Shown: positions 10,264 to 20,855, numbered from the stretch's first letter. The stretch is 64,000 bases of DNA from Candidatus Bathyarchaeota archaeon (GCA_963726255.1 CAVSBL010000002.1:1-64000), one strand, 5' to 3'. Numbers and translations: made by a program. Notes: generated by a model from the letters alone, not told the origin.

Positions 10264-11454
10264 CTACTGGCTTGGGCGTCTAAGCCTGAAGAGGAGTGCT
10301 AAGGCCACGGAAATCGCGGCGTAGACTGGGCTGAGGAGCCACGGTAGGTTTGCGTTCCCGGTAAGCTGCCAAATTGTCCCGCCGAGTAGCGGGGAAACGT
10401 TTCCCCCTATGTTCAGGAAGAGGCTGAAGGCGCCAACATACATTCCACGTTCAGCTTCGGGTGCGATTTCAGTCACTAGCGTCTGTGCGATGGGGAAGAA
10501 CATGTTCTCCCCAAGCGTCATGACCACCACAGCCACCAGAAGCCAGTTGAAGCTGGGGGCCAACGCCAAACTTGTGATGCCTATTGCCAAAATCACCACG
10601 CCGAGGATGTAACCGCTCTGCTTGGGGATTTTCTCCAGCCATCTAGAAGTGGGAAGCTGTAGTACTACGACCGTTGCCCCAGATATGGAGAATAGCGCTC
10701 CAACCTGTAAGGAGTCTAGGCCTTTCACTTGTGTTGCGAAAATTGGCAACAGTGAGTAGAACTGTGTGTAGAACAGCATGGTGAACAGCGAGGCAACGCA
10801 GAGAACCAGCAGTTCCCTATCGCGGAGTACTCCGATTTTTGGCAGTTTGGGCGTCGCTAAACCTGTCTTGCGTGATTCGGGTACTAGGCCGATGAACGCT
10901 AGGAGGCCGATGAGGCCGATGAATGCAGAGACTAGGAAGAGGGGCAGAAAGTTTCCTTGCCCCGCCAATATGGTTCCGCCTATGAGTGGGGCAACGATCC
11001 ATGCGGCATTGCTGACAATTCTGCTTACGCCGTAGGCCGTATTCCTTTTACTCTCCTCTACCTGGTCTGCGATGATAGTTGTCTGCGAAGCCCGGCTAGC
11101 TGAATCCATAACTCCTGAGATAGTGATTATCGGGAAAGCTTGGCTAAAGGTGGTGGTTGTGGCCAGCGCGGCAGGAATTATCGCAGCGCTCGATGTGCCG
11201 AAGGCGTACACTTTCTTCCGCCCAACCCTGTCAACAAGCCAACCCATGATCAGGACTGTGAAAGTTCCAGCTAGGCCACTTGCAAAGTACAGGAATGAGA
11301 CGGCACCCACGGAAATGCCGAGCTGCTTGTTGAGGAAGATGGGGAGGAATGGTCCAAGCATTGTAGAGGCTAGGCCCGTAACGGCAACGTTCACCATGAG
11401 GAACCAGAAAAACCTGCCACTCGGAAGGTTGGAGAGGTATTTTCCGAGACTCAT
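10264..11454 (-). CDS. MFS transporter
   Basis: About 12 TM helices, GWLVDRVGRKK. Confidence 0.9.
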   Translation of the reverse strand: MSLGKYLSNLPSGRFFWFLMVNVAVTGLASTMLGPFLPIFLNKQLGISVGAVSFLYFASGLAGTFTVLIMGWLVDRVGRKKVYAFGTSSAAIIPAALATTTTFSQAFPIITISGVMDSASRASQTTIIADQVEESKRNTAYGVSRIVSNAAWIVAPLIGGTILAGQGNFLPLFLVSAFIGLIGLLAFIGLVPESRKTGLATPKLPKIGVLRDRELLVLCVASLFTMLFYTQFYSLLPIFATQVKGLDSLQVGALFSISGATVVVLQLPTSRWLEKIPKQSGYILGVVILAIGITSLALAPSFNWLLVAVVVMTLGENMFFPIAQTLVTEIAPEAERGMYVGAFSLFLNIGGNVSPLLGGTIWQLTGNANLPWLLSPVYAAISVALALLFRLRRPSQ

Positions 11455-11587
11455 GGCCGAATCTGCTCCGTAGCCTCAGAACGCTCAATAAATATCTTGT
11501 AGCGTCACTTGAAACTCGCTTCATCCAGCTCGGCCGGTGCAATATTTCTTAAGGGAAGTCGCCTAAGGTCGTCCGCGGGGTAGAAAC

Positions 11588-12613
11588 TTGACGTATGAAA
11601 CGGGAGGGCGTGAGTCCGGGGTTGTCGCGTTCAAGGAAAATGATGCCGTAAGAGTAAACGACGACGCTATCGTGGCACCGGAAGCGGTTCGTGGAGAAGT
11701 CGGGACGATTGTGAAGATCAACCGTTTTCTGAGCGAGTCCACTCAGCTCTCCGAAGGAATTATCGCGGTCGACCGTTACCAGCAGCTAGTTAAACAGCCC
11801 CGCGAGACTGAAATACTTGGCTTCGCCCTTCAAGTCTTCTTTCCCAAGATTAATGATTCGCTCCTCGTAGCCTCAAACGAGGTAACCCTTCTCTCGAAAT
11901 TTCAGGAAAGAATCTCCAAGCTCGAAGACAGGCTGATAGCCCACCTAACCGACCCACAACAATTCACAGTGCTGGGCGACGGCGGCCTGGATGTTGCATT
12001 CATCAATCAGAACTTCGATGCGCAATTTTTCGGTGACCTGGTAAGATACGTGCTCAGGCCAAAGCTCGGCAGAACTTCAACCAAAGTCCTCTCGCCGGAA
12101 GCCTCTGGGCCACCTCTGGCGGCCGTGTATGCAAGTATGGCCGGCCTCAGCTTCGTGCGCGCCGTGAAGGTGTACGATAAGGCGAGGCCACAGGTTCCTG
12201 GAACTTGGCGGGGAACTGTAGTGGGAGATGTGAAAGTCCCTTCCGCGACGAAGAAGACTGAGCACTACTTTGCCGTACCCGAAGGCTCCATAACCGCCGA
12301 AGACCGCGTAATCATATTCGACGACGTGGGCTTCACCGGGCGAACCCGCAACGCCTGCATACAACTAATCGAAAAACAAGGTGCAAAGGTTTCCGCAATC
12401 GTGAACGTGATCGAGAAGGCGTACGGTGAACAGCGAAACGTAACTGTGAACTCGAAGGCCATTCTCGCAATAACCGGCTTCGAACCCGAGACGGCCACAA
12501 CCTGCAGGCTGAAGATCAACGAACTTCTCTTGGAGCGTCTTGAAACTCCCCGCATCGTTGGCGGCGTGAAATACGAGCCGAAGCGGCTTCTCTCAACTCT
12601 TCGGGTTGACTAG
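11588..12613 (+). CDS. type I purine phosphoribosyltransferase-like protein with extra N-terminal domain
   Basis: PRPP loop VIIFDDVGFTGRT, PEASG; about 100 extra N-terminal residues. Confidence 0.75.
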   Translation: MTYETGGRESGVVAFKENDAVRVNDDAIVAPEAVRGEVGTIVKINRFLSESTQLSEGIIAVDRYQQLVKQPRETEILGFALQVFFPKINDSLLVASNEVTLLSKFQERISKLEDRLIAHLTDPQQFTVLGDGGLDVAFINQNFDAQFFGDLVRYVLRPKLGRTSTKVLSPEASGPPLAAVYASMAGLSFVRAVKVYDKARPQVPGTWRGTVVGDVKVPSATKKTEHYFAVPEGSITAEDRVIIFDDVGFTGRTRNACIQLIEKQGAKVSAIVNVIEKAYGEQRNVTVNSKAILAITGFEPETATTCRLKINELLLERLETPRIVGGVKYEPKRLLSTLRVD

Positions 12614-12640
12614 TAACCCAGATCAAGGGCCAAACGCGAC

Positions 12641-13306
12641 TTGCAGATCGACTACTGCGATTTCCCGGAAGACGCCCTCTACGACCTCGACAACAACGTA
12701 TGGATTAGGCTGCGGTCGAAGAACGTTGCGATGCTTGGCATCACAAGCATCCACGCTGCACTAGCCGGAAAGCTCAACAAAATCAGCTTCAAGCCTGTCG
12801 GTTCGCCCCTGAGAAAGGGGCAGAGCGTCGCAACCATAGAAGGCGTCAGGTACTTCGGCGTTGTCCGAACCCCGCTGACCGGGACATTGGTCGAAACCAA
12901 CTCTGTCCTAAGTACGCAACCGAAACTCGCGAACGACTCGCCCTACGAAAACGGTTGGTTCGTGAAGATCGAATCCACCCTTGCACCAGAAGAAATGAAG
13001 TCCCTCCGTGACTTGGCAGCCGCCCAAGAAACCATAAAGTCACAAATCACTGAATTCCGGGTTCGGTGTTTCAAGGCGTTCCCGGATTACGATATGTGGG
13101 AGATTGGGGTCGAATGCGCCGCAGTTCTCGTCAGGTTGAATGAGCTTATCGAGCGCTGCGGTTTGAATGAGGTGATTCACGTGGTCTCCGACGATCCGAC
13201 CGCGGACATCGAGATGGAGCGTTGGTCTGATGAAACAGGCCAGTTGGTGCTTGAATCGAGGAAGGAAGGTAGACTTGTGCACTTCATTGTTAAAAAAGTG
13301 AAATGA
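12641..13306 (+). CDS. GcvH-like domain fused to TusA-like domain
   Basis: GIT..AALAG...PLTG...N..L...P..ANDSPYENGWF (GcvH); GVEC...VVSDDPTA...HFIVKK (TusA). Confidence 0.8.
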   Translation: MQIDYCDFPEDALYDLDNNVWIRLRSKNVAMLGITSIHAALAGKLNKISFKPVGSPLRKGQSVATIEGVRYFGVVRTPLTGTLVETNSVLSTQPKLANDSPYENGWFVKIESTLAPEEMKSLRDLAAAQETIKSQITEFRVRCFKAFPDYDMWEIGVECAAVLVRLNELIERCGLNEVIHVVSDDPTADIEMERWSDETGQLVLESRKEGRLVHFIVKKVK

Positions 13307-13327
13307 TGGGAGGGGTTGTTGGAGGTC

Positions 13328-14173
13328 TCAGGGTTTCTGGATTGGGTTGCGGACCATGTTTCCCCACTCTGTCCACGACCCGTCATAATTCCTGACCTTC
13401 GGGTAGCCGAGGAGGTATGTGAGAACAAACCAGCTGAAGGACGACCGTTCGCCGATTCTGCAATAGGTTATGACTTCCTTATTTGCTGTCACGCCCTTGC
13501 CTTGGTAGAGTTTGGCTAGCTCCTCTGCGGTTTTGAAGGTTCCATCCTCCTTCACAGCTTGGGACCAGGGAATGTTTACGGCACCGGGGATGTGTCCTCC
13601 GCGCTGCGCATGTTCGTTCGGGTATTCAGGTGGGGCCGTTATTTCTCCTGTGAATTCGGCTGGGCTGCGCACATCGACGAGAACCTTATCTCGTTTGCCA
13701 AGCTTCTTCCTGACGTCGTCAAGGTAGGTTCTGATCCCCTCGTTTGTGCCTTTGACTTTGTACGCGGCGAGGGTTGGCTTAGGTAAGTCCTTGGTGACTT
13801 CTCTATCTTCTGCGAGCCATTTCTTTCGGCCCCCATTCATCAGGACCACCTTCTCCACGCCGTAATACTTCAGGACCCAGAAAGCGAAGGCGGCAAACCA
13901 GTTGTTGAAGTCGCCATAGAGAACGAGGGTCGTGTCCTTACTGACGCCGGAGCGGGAGAGGAGCTCTTCAAGCTGTTGTTTGCTTAGTATGTCCCGGGTC
14001 AAGGGCTCGTTTATGTCTTTCTTCCAGTCGAAGAGTACTGCGCCGGGCAAGTGGCCGAGGTTGTAGTTGGCGATGGGGTCGTAGTCGACTTCGGCGAAGC
14101 GTACAGCAGGATCGTTGAGGTGCTGGCTGGCCCAATCGGTTTCGACTAGGACTTCAGGGTGCTTGTATGACAA
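13328..14173 (-). CDS. two-domain thiosulfate sulfurtransferase (rhodanese)
   Basis: GHLPGA, GHIPGA, active-site CRIGER, YDGSWTEW. Confidence 0.95.
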   Translation of the reverse strand: MSYKHPEVLVETDWASQHLNDPAVRFAEVDYDPIANYNLGHLPGAVLFDWKKDINEPLTRDILSKQQLEELLSRSGVSKDTTLVLYGDFNNWFAAFAFWVLKYYGVEKVVLMNGGRKKWLAEDREVTKDLPKPTLAAYKVKGTNEGIRTYLDDVRKKLGKRDKVLVDVRSPAEFTGEITAPPEYPNEHAQRGGHIPGAVNIPWSQAVKEDGTFKTAEELAKLYQGKGVTANKEVITYCRIGERSSFSWFVLTYLLGYPKVRNYDGSWTEWGNMVRNPIQKP

Positions 14174-14403
14174 TTAGTTTCACGGCCAAAAGCATGCCGT
14201 ACGGCATATTTAACCTCGCCCCAAAGCCACCCGGACGTTCGCGTGAACACGCGAACCCGCCAGCCAAAGTTTAAATGCGAACGGAAAGCTGCAGCACAGT
14301 AACGGGCACATTATTGACGCCCGGTGAATCAGGATTTTTCCAAGGCTTACTCGGCGCTTTAAGGCCCTGCGTTGTCTAGCTTCCACAATTGAGTGATTGA
14401 ATA

Positions 14404-15854
14404 TTGTCCGACAAGATTCTTGATGGGTTAACGTTCGACGACGTCTTACTCGTCCCGAAAAAGTCAACGGTCCGCTCTCGAAGAGACGTACACACTACGA
14501 CGCGGCTATCGCGAAACATCGAGTTACGAATTCCGATGGTCAGCGCTCCCATGGACACAGTTACCGAGCATGCCATGGCGGCCACGATTGCGCGGGCGGG
14601 TGGAATCGGAATCATCCACCGTTTCATGACCATAAAGCAGCAGGTTGAGGAAGTCTTGAAGGTGAAACGGTCTGAGAGCATAGTCATCGAGCAACCCTAC
14701 AGCCTAACTGCTGACCAGAAACTCAAGGATGCGAAACGGCTGATGTCCCAGCGGGGAGTATCCGGCCTTCTAGTCCTTGATGAACGTGGCCGGCTTCAAG
14801 GAATCCTAACGACTCGGGACATTCAATTTGAACGGGACCCAGAGAGGAAGGTTGCTGACTTGATGACTGGGATTAAAGACATGGTCACAGCGCCGCCCGG
14901 GATATCATTGGACGAGGCGGAGCGAATTCTGCACAAACGTAAACTCGAAAAGCTCCCGCTCGTCGACAAGGACGGAAAACTGCGCGGCCTCATAACAAGC
15001 CGCGACATGCTCAGCCTCGAAGAATACCCCAACGCGTCGAAAGACGAGAAAGGCCGCTTGATGGTAGGCGCCGCCATTGGTGTGAAGGCAGGTTACTTGG
15101 AGAGGGCTAGGGAATTGCATGAGGCTGGCGCTGACGTACTCGTTCTCGATGTCGCCCACGCCCACTCCGACATAACCCTAGACGCCGTACGCAACATCAA
15201 AAAAGCCATACCGAAAGCCGAACTAATCGTGGGAAACGTCGCAACCAAAGAAGGAACGGAAGACCTCATCACCGCGGGAGCGGACGCTGTGAAAGTTGGA
15301 ATCGGTTCCGGCTCAATATGCATTACCCGAATCGTAACCGGTGCAGGCGTCCCTCAACTCACGGCAATCATCGAGTGCACAAAAGTGGCCGATCAGAAGG
15401 GTGTCCCGATAATTGCGGACGGCGGGATCCGCAAGTCCGGTGATATTACGAAAGCTATCGCTGCTGGAGCCTCAACCGTCATGGTCGGGAGTCTGCTCGC
15501 GGGGACGGAGGAAAGCCCAGGCATGACCGTGATGAGGGAGGGCAGAAAATTCAAGCTCGTACGTGGTATGGCTTCAGTCGCCGCTTCCTTCGATCGGAGT
15601 ACTCGAGAATCGGAACAGGCGGACGAAGACGCGGCAGTTGACCTCTTAGACTACGTACCGGAAGGCGTTGAAGCGTTCGTGGCATACAAGGGGAACGCAT
15701 CCGAATTGATTAGCCAACTGGTCGGCGGTTTGCGTTCTGGAATGAGCTACTGCGGCGCAACTGAAATCTCGCAATTCCAGGAAAAGGAGACTTCGTAAGA
15801 ATCTCGCCGGCCGGGTTGAAGGAAAGCTACCCACACGACGTTGACGTCATGTAG
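14404..15854 (+). CDS. guaB: IMP dehydrogenase with apparent 1-nt frameshift near 15788
   Basis: [11 protein letters not shown] pair, GSGSICITR; conserved tail [17 protein letters not shown] is in another frame and ends at TAG 15852-15854. Confidence 0.93.
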
Positions 15855-15887
15855 CCGCCGAACCGCTGCTAAACTAATTGGCGTACT

Positions 15888-16451
15888 GTGTTGCGAATAT
15901 TCACTGTAGGCCATTCTACCAGAACCTTCGACGAGCTCGTCAAACTCTTGCAAGCTTACGCAGTGAACATACTAATCGACGTACGCAGTTTTCCGCGGTC
16001 CTTCAAGAACCCACAATTCAACAAGGAAGTCATTGGCGTCAAACTCGGGGAGCATAACATCCGGTACGTTTGGATGGAGAGACTTGGCGGGCGAACAAAA
16101 GGGCTGGGAAAAGAGTCGAAGAACATTTGCTGGAAGAACCAGTCATTCAGAAACTACGCGGACTACATGGAAACGCCTGCTTTCCGCGATGGCATCGATG
16201 AACTTACGCAACTAGCCCGGGACGGGACGCCAGCTATCATGTGTGCGGAAGCAGTCTACTGGAGATGTCATCGGTCCATGATATCGGATTATCTGAAATC
16301 GAAAAGGGTCGAAGTTACACACATCCTCGACGAGAAGCACATTAAGGAACACGAATACACTCAATGCGCTAAACTCGTAGACGGGCAACTCAGCTATCAT
16401 GAGCCGAGAAGCGGCTGCTATGGTATGTCGACCAATACGTCGTTTCCTTGA
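15888..16451 (+). CDS. DUF488 family protein
   Basis: TVGHSTR, DVRSFP, MCAEAVYWRCHR. Confidence 0.88.
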   Translation: MLRIFTVGHSTRTFDELVKLLQAYAVNILIDVRSFPRSFKNPQFNKEVIGVKLGEHNIRYVWMERLGGRTKGLGKESKNICWKNQSFRNYADYMETPAFRDGIDELTQLARDGTPAIMCAEAVYWRCHRSMISDYLKSKRVEVTHILDEKHIKEHEYTQCAKLVDGQLSYHEPRSGCYGMSTNTSFP

Positions 16452-16744
16452 ATTGTGACTTTGTACGCGGGTTCTGGTGGAATGGTGTTTGCGGGTTCGC
16501 CGTCCGGTCCACCTAGAACCTTCCCAGTTGTCACGTCGAATTGAGCTCCGTGTTCGGGACAGGTGAGAACATTCTTGTTGAGCTCCCCTTCCGAGAGGTT
16601 CCCCTGCTCATGCGTGCACCAATTGTCAATCGCATAGAAGTTGCCGTCAATGTTGGCGACAACAAGGTCCTTCCCGCCAGCTGTCACGAGTTTGAGGCCG
16701 CCAGGTTTAACATCTGACTTGCTGCAAACCTTTACAGTGGGCAT
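16418..16744 (-). CDS. Rieske [2Fe-2S] ferredoxin
   Basis: CTH...CPEH ligands. Confidence 0.9.
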   Translation of the reverse strand: MPTVKVCSKSDVKPGGLKLVTAGGKDLVVANIDGNFYAIDNWCTHEQGNLSEGELNKNVLTCPEHGAQFDVTTGKVLGGPDGEPANTIPPEPAYKVTIQGNDVLVDIP

Positions 16745-16778
16745 AAGGCCATCAAGTTTCTGCGAGGTTGTTGCGGTT

Positions 16779-18626
16779 TTAAGTCTTCCCTACTTCTGTT
16801 TTGCTTTTGCGGAGCACTTGGGTCAATGTTGGGACAACTTCTGCGTAATCGCCTACGATGCCGTAGTCGCAGTTCTGGAAGATCGGCGCATTCGGATCTC
16901 TGTTGATGGCGACTACTATCCTTGCCTTGCCAATGCCGACCATGTGGTTGAAAGCACCTCTCACACCAACCGCTACATACAGCTTCGGCGCCACAGACCT
17001 GCCCGTCAACCCAATCTGAAGCTGTCTCGGAAGCCAACCCAAATCCACAACTTTCCTCGTCGTCGCTATGGGCGCGTCGAGGACCTCAGTCAGCGCTTCT
17101 ATGCTCCTCATCTTTTCGGGGCCGCCGACTCCAAATCCCGCGGACACGATGACATCTGCATTATCTAACCTCAAGGCGTCGCGGTCAGCCTCAAACCTCT
17201 CCTCCACCACGTGAGCCATAGCCTTCAAACCGGTCGGGTGCAGTTCAACGACTACCCCCTGCCTAGATGTGTTTACGCCCGCCGCAACGAGCATGCCCGG
17301 CCGCACAGTCGCCAATTGTGGAAGCGTTCGGCTAAGTATGGGTGCAACAATGTTTCCGCCGAAGGCCGGTTTCAACTGAATCAACTGTTCCTCCTCGTTT
17401 AGCTCTAAGCCAATGCAGTCGCTAGTCATCCCCAAGCCTAGGCGGGCGGCGACTCGTGGAATGTAATCCCTCCCCTGCGAGGTTGCGGCTCCGATAACCG
17501 CATACGGCTTGTACTCCTGGATGGCCTCTGCTAACGCAGCCGCGTACGCGTCACTTGAATAATTCAACAATTCCTCATGTCTCACCACGTAGACCCTGTC
17601 TGCTCCGTGGGCGATGAGGTCTTGGCAGTGTTCCTTCGAGGCATCGCCTAGCAAAACGGCGCACAATTCGGATTCCAGCTTTGTGGCCAGCTGCAAGGCC
17701 CGTCCCAACAGTTCGTAGCTGACGTTTCTTACATGCCCTTGAACGAGTTCAGCTACAACCCAAAAGGACTTGTTGCCACGCATCGGGCGTGACGCGGGTG
17801 GCTTGACGTTCTTCTCCCCCACCTCCTTCCATCCGGAAAACAGGCCCCGTGCGACAAGGTTCTCTGCGAGTGTCTTAGTTTTCTCCTCGAGCGTCGACCC
17901 GTCGATAATTTCGCATTTCCGTTTAGTTTCAATTGAGTAGATTTCCGAGACAGAAGTCGGCGAACCATCGAACCCGAACAGTGAGGCGTCCTGGCTTAGG
18001 TCTGATGCTGAGACAACTGTGTAGGGTTTCGATTTGGCTGCCTCCAGCTCGTCTCGAGTTGGCGTGTGCGGTTTGATTAGTCGCTCAGCAGCCGTCAAGA
18101 GAAATGGCATCGTTGTTTCTATGCGCTGGAAGCCGTAGTCAGTTTCCGCTTCGATGATTGCCAGACTGTGTGGGTTTGGCAGCTCCACTTTAGTGGCCCC
18201 GTTCACGTGTGGGATTCCAAGGAATTCAGCAACCTCAGGGCCGACATGCCCTGTTTCAGCATCTACACTGTATTTTCCACAGAGCACTATGTCATATGGC
18301 TTCTCTCTCTGGATAGCTAGGGAGAGTGCACGTGACGTGGCTAGAGTGTCGGATCCCGCGAAAGCTCTGTCTAGGAGGTGAAGCGCCCGGTCGGCACCCA
18401 TGGCCATTGCCTCGGTCAGGGCGTCTTTAGCTTGGGGCGGGCCCATTGTAATGGCAACCACTTCACCCCCATGTTGAGCCTTCGCTGCAGAGGCGAATGT
18501 TATGGCCCGTCTATCAAAGGGGTTAATTTCGTTGTGAACGCCTTCCCGAATGAGCGTCTTCTTTTCGTTGTCGAACTTGAGTTCCGAAACCGCCGGAACC
18601 TGCTTAATGCACACGATGAACTTCAT
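16779..18626 (-). CDS. fused electron transfer flavoprotein beta-alpha
   Basis: VCIKQVP, GSDTLAT (beta); QIGLTG, YVAVGVRGAFNH, AINRDPNAPIF (alpha). Confidence 0.92.
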   Translation of the reverse strand: MKFIVCIKQVPAVSELKFDNEKKTLIREGVHNEINPFDRRAITFASAAKAQHGGEVVAITMGPPQAKDALTEAMAMGADRALHLLDRAFAGSDTLATSRALSLAIQREKPYDIVLCGKYSVDAETGHVGPEVAEFLGIPHVNGATKVELPNPHSLAIIEAETDYGFQRIETTMPFLLTAAERLIKPHTPTRDELEAAKSKPYTVVSASDLSQDASLFGFDGSPTSVSEIYSIETKRKCEIIDGSTLEEKTKTLAENLVARGLFSGWKEVGEKNVKPPASRPMRGNKSFWVVAELVQGHVRNVSYELLGRALQLATKLESELCAVLLGDASKEHCQDLIAHGADRVYVVRHEELLNYSSDAYAAALAEAIQEYKPYAVIGAATSQGRDYIPRVAARLGLGMTSDCIGLELNEEEQLIQLKPAFGGNIVAPILSRTLPQLATVRPGMLVAAGVNTSRQGVVVELHPTGLKAMAHVVEERFEADRDALRLDNADVIVSAGFGVGGPEKMRSIEALTEVLDAPIATTRKVVDLGWLPRQLQIGLTGRSVAPKLYVAVGVRGAFNHMVGIGKARIVVAINRDPNAPIFQNCDYGIVGDYAEVVPTLTQVLRKSKTEVGKT

Positions 18627-18734
18627 CTTCGACCACTGCCCTCCGGTGGAAAAGTGGAATTTTCTCTAAACACGACTATTCTTCCAAGCTACCATAAATA
18701 CACTGGGCCGAAACTTGCATTGCTGGTAATCGGG

Positions 18735-18911
18735 ATGGGTGTATACTTCGTTGGGGCTGGGCAGTCAACGCAGCACCAGACGCTTCGGTGCCTCTTCTGC
18801 GAGCGTCCGTTCTCGGATACGAGTATGCTCAACGAACATTACCTGACCGCTCACATTGAAGCATTTTCCGAAGAAGAATTGAGAACGGCACACTCAGAGG
18901 TACATGCCTAG
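18735..18911 (+). CDS. small C2H2 zinc-finger protein
   Basis: CLFC..F....L..H....H; this is the 3' part of track ORF 18378..18911. Confidence 0.55.
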   Translation: MGVYFVGAGQSTQHQTLRCLFCERPFSDTSMLNEHYLTAHIEAFSEEELRTAHSEVHA

Positions 18912-18928
18912 CCTCAGAGTGAGACTTG

Positions 18929-19354
18929 TCAGGCTATCTTCTTGCCCGCGTTCGGGCTAAATGCCAGAGATTGAACTTCTTCAAGCTTGACACTCACGAC
19001 CGCCTTAGGCTTGAAACCCAAGTTCTCCAGGTTCTTGGTCGCTTGTGAAAAGAGTGGGCCGAAAGTCTCCATAACCGCCTTTCCCCTCATCCTGAACCCG
19101 ATGACTGCCTGAGGGTCGAAGAAAACGACGGTAACGTCCGGGGTTTTCTTGAGTACCTCGCTTAGTGTCGTGGAAAACACATCCGTGAACTCCAAGTTTT
19201 CATCATCCCTCACACGGAAGTGCTTCGGTGAAGCGTTGGGTGTTCCATCGCTTCTCAAGGAGGACAGGACTCCGACAGTCCCATTGTATTCCTTATCGAA
19301 CCGGTCTTGAATGAACTTCCTCACTACATCCGGTAACACGGCCATTAACTCCAA
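18929..19354 (-). CDS. pyridoxamine 5'-phosphate oxidase-like split-barrel protein
   Basis: LSS..DGTPNASPK...GFRMRGKA. Confidence 0.8.
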   Translation of the reverse strand: MELMAVLPDVVRKFIQDRFDKEYNGTVGVLSSLRSDGTPNASPKHFRVRDDENLEFTDVFSTTLSEVLKKTPDVTVVFFDPQAVIGFRMRGKAVMETFGPLFSQATKNLENLGFKPKAVVSVKLEEVQSLAFSPNAGKKIA

Positions 19355-19538
19355 ATCCTTGATCGGACGCGACTTAGTTCCGCTTAACGCCAGTCATGCT
19401 ATTTGAAGGTTTGAGCGAAGGTGGCCTATGAGATACCGCGAACGGCACGTCCGTCAACACGAATTGCATAGTTCATTTAGGAAAAATTCAATAAGCCTAA
19501 CCCATGCGATGCAAAGCCTTGAGGCGTGAGATGCAAGA

Positions 19539-20099
19539 GTGAAAAACGGAATATACGTTTCCGCACTCAAGTACGCGAACAGTTTCGACCACAGCGCTCT
19601 AGTATCCGGGATAGCTAGGACTTATGCCCAACGTGGCATTGCAGTAAAATCCGAGCCCATGCTGCCAGGCGGTAAACACGCAGACCTCGCGGTCGCCTTA
19701 GGTGACCGTTGGACTTACATTGAAGTGAAAACCAGGGCGAACGGCATATCTGATCGGCGTCGGCGCCTTTCCTACCGCCAAGATTTCTTAAGGGAATTAC
19801 TTCGGCTAAGAGCCCACTCCCTCAAACAGTTGCCGAAGAAAGAAGCCTCGCTCGTCGTGCTCTCCACTTCGATTTCTGCCGACCGTAGAAAGGCGATGAG
19901 CAAGATCGCTCTCGCTCGTTCATTTACGGGGAGAATCTTCGATCATGATTCACAGAAAATTCTGGGCATGATGATCTTCGCGCCCTTTCGCGCTCCTTAC
20001 GGGTCTTCAGGTTGGCGTTACGCCTCAACCCTGATACCTAATCCGAATTTGAAGGCTCAAGGCGAGGGCTTCAACAAGCTCGCCGGCGTTCAACTCTGA
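19539..20099 (+). CDS. PD-(D/E)XK nuclease-fold protein
   Basis: EP...ADL...YIEVK. Confidence 0.6.
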   Translation: MKNGIYVSALKYANSFDHSALVSGIARTYAQRGIAVKSEPMLPGGKHADLAVALGDRWTYIEVKTRANGISDRRRRLSYRQDFLRELLRLRAHSLKQLPKKEASLVVLSTSISADRRKAMSKIALARSFTGRIFDHDSQKILGMMIFAPFRAPYGSSGWRYASTLIPNPNLKAQGEGFNKLAGVQL

Positions 20100-20163
20100 G
20101 CTACAGCTCCTCGCATTTCCTATGCTTTAATTACGCGTCTTCTCCCATCTTGGTCTGAGGCCG

Positions 20164-20718
20164 ATGCAAAGTCTCCCCTCTCTCCAATCCAAACTCGGAA
20201 CTGTAGTAGATGAGTTCCGAAGGAAGTATTCGTCGTTTGATGAATCCTTTAGCACCTATTCGGCGCAGTACGGTGAGGGCGCTGTGAAGGTCTATGAGCC
20301 TTTCAAGATCAGCGATACCATCGACCCAGTCATAATAATTCTCGGCCGAACTACGCCGTTATTTTACAAAGCCTCACGCCGTCTCTTATCAGGCAGCCTC
20401 AGCTCGGTCACTATTGAGGCGGGCAACGTTTACGTTATGGGTAGGCGCGAGCCCTCCGATTCGAAACTAATCGTCTGGTCAGCCAAGGATGAGACTGAGA
20501 TTGAACAATACGACAGCCGCGTACGCATAATTGCTTCACGAATTCACGCCGCGATCTTCGGCCTAGAAGATGGAAGCGTTCTCTTCGCCGATTTGGGAAG
20601 CTCGTCGGGTTCAATTTTGGCCGGTGAAACTTCAAAGCCGGAACCCTTCATCACCCTGTACGCCTCACCAAGAGTGGACATTCACAGAGTCCCGACAGAA
20701 ACAAAGTACGCACATTAG
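20164..20718 (+). CDS. FHA-domain protein
   Basis: MGR...SRIHA...DLGSSSGS. Confidence 0.65.
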   Translation: MQSLPSLQSKLGTVVDEFRRKYSSFDESFSTYSAQYGEGAVKVYEPFKISDTIDPVIIILGRTTPLFYKASRRLLSGSLSSVTIEAGNVYVMGRREPSDSKLIVWSAKDETEIEQYDSRVRIIASRIHAAIFGLEDGSVLFADLGSSSGSILAGETSKPEPFITLYASPRVDIHRVPTETKYAH

Positions 20719-20855
20719 GGCTCACTCCACGTCCTGCGACGCAAGCGAAACTAGGCTGAAAAGCTGTCTGGCGTGGGTCGTTCACGAAACTTGATATTTG
20801 ATTCGTTAACCGAGAGTTAACCCTAAATTTCCGTTTCTTAAGGGCTTGCATGAGG

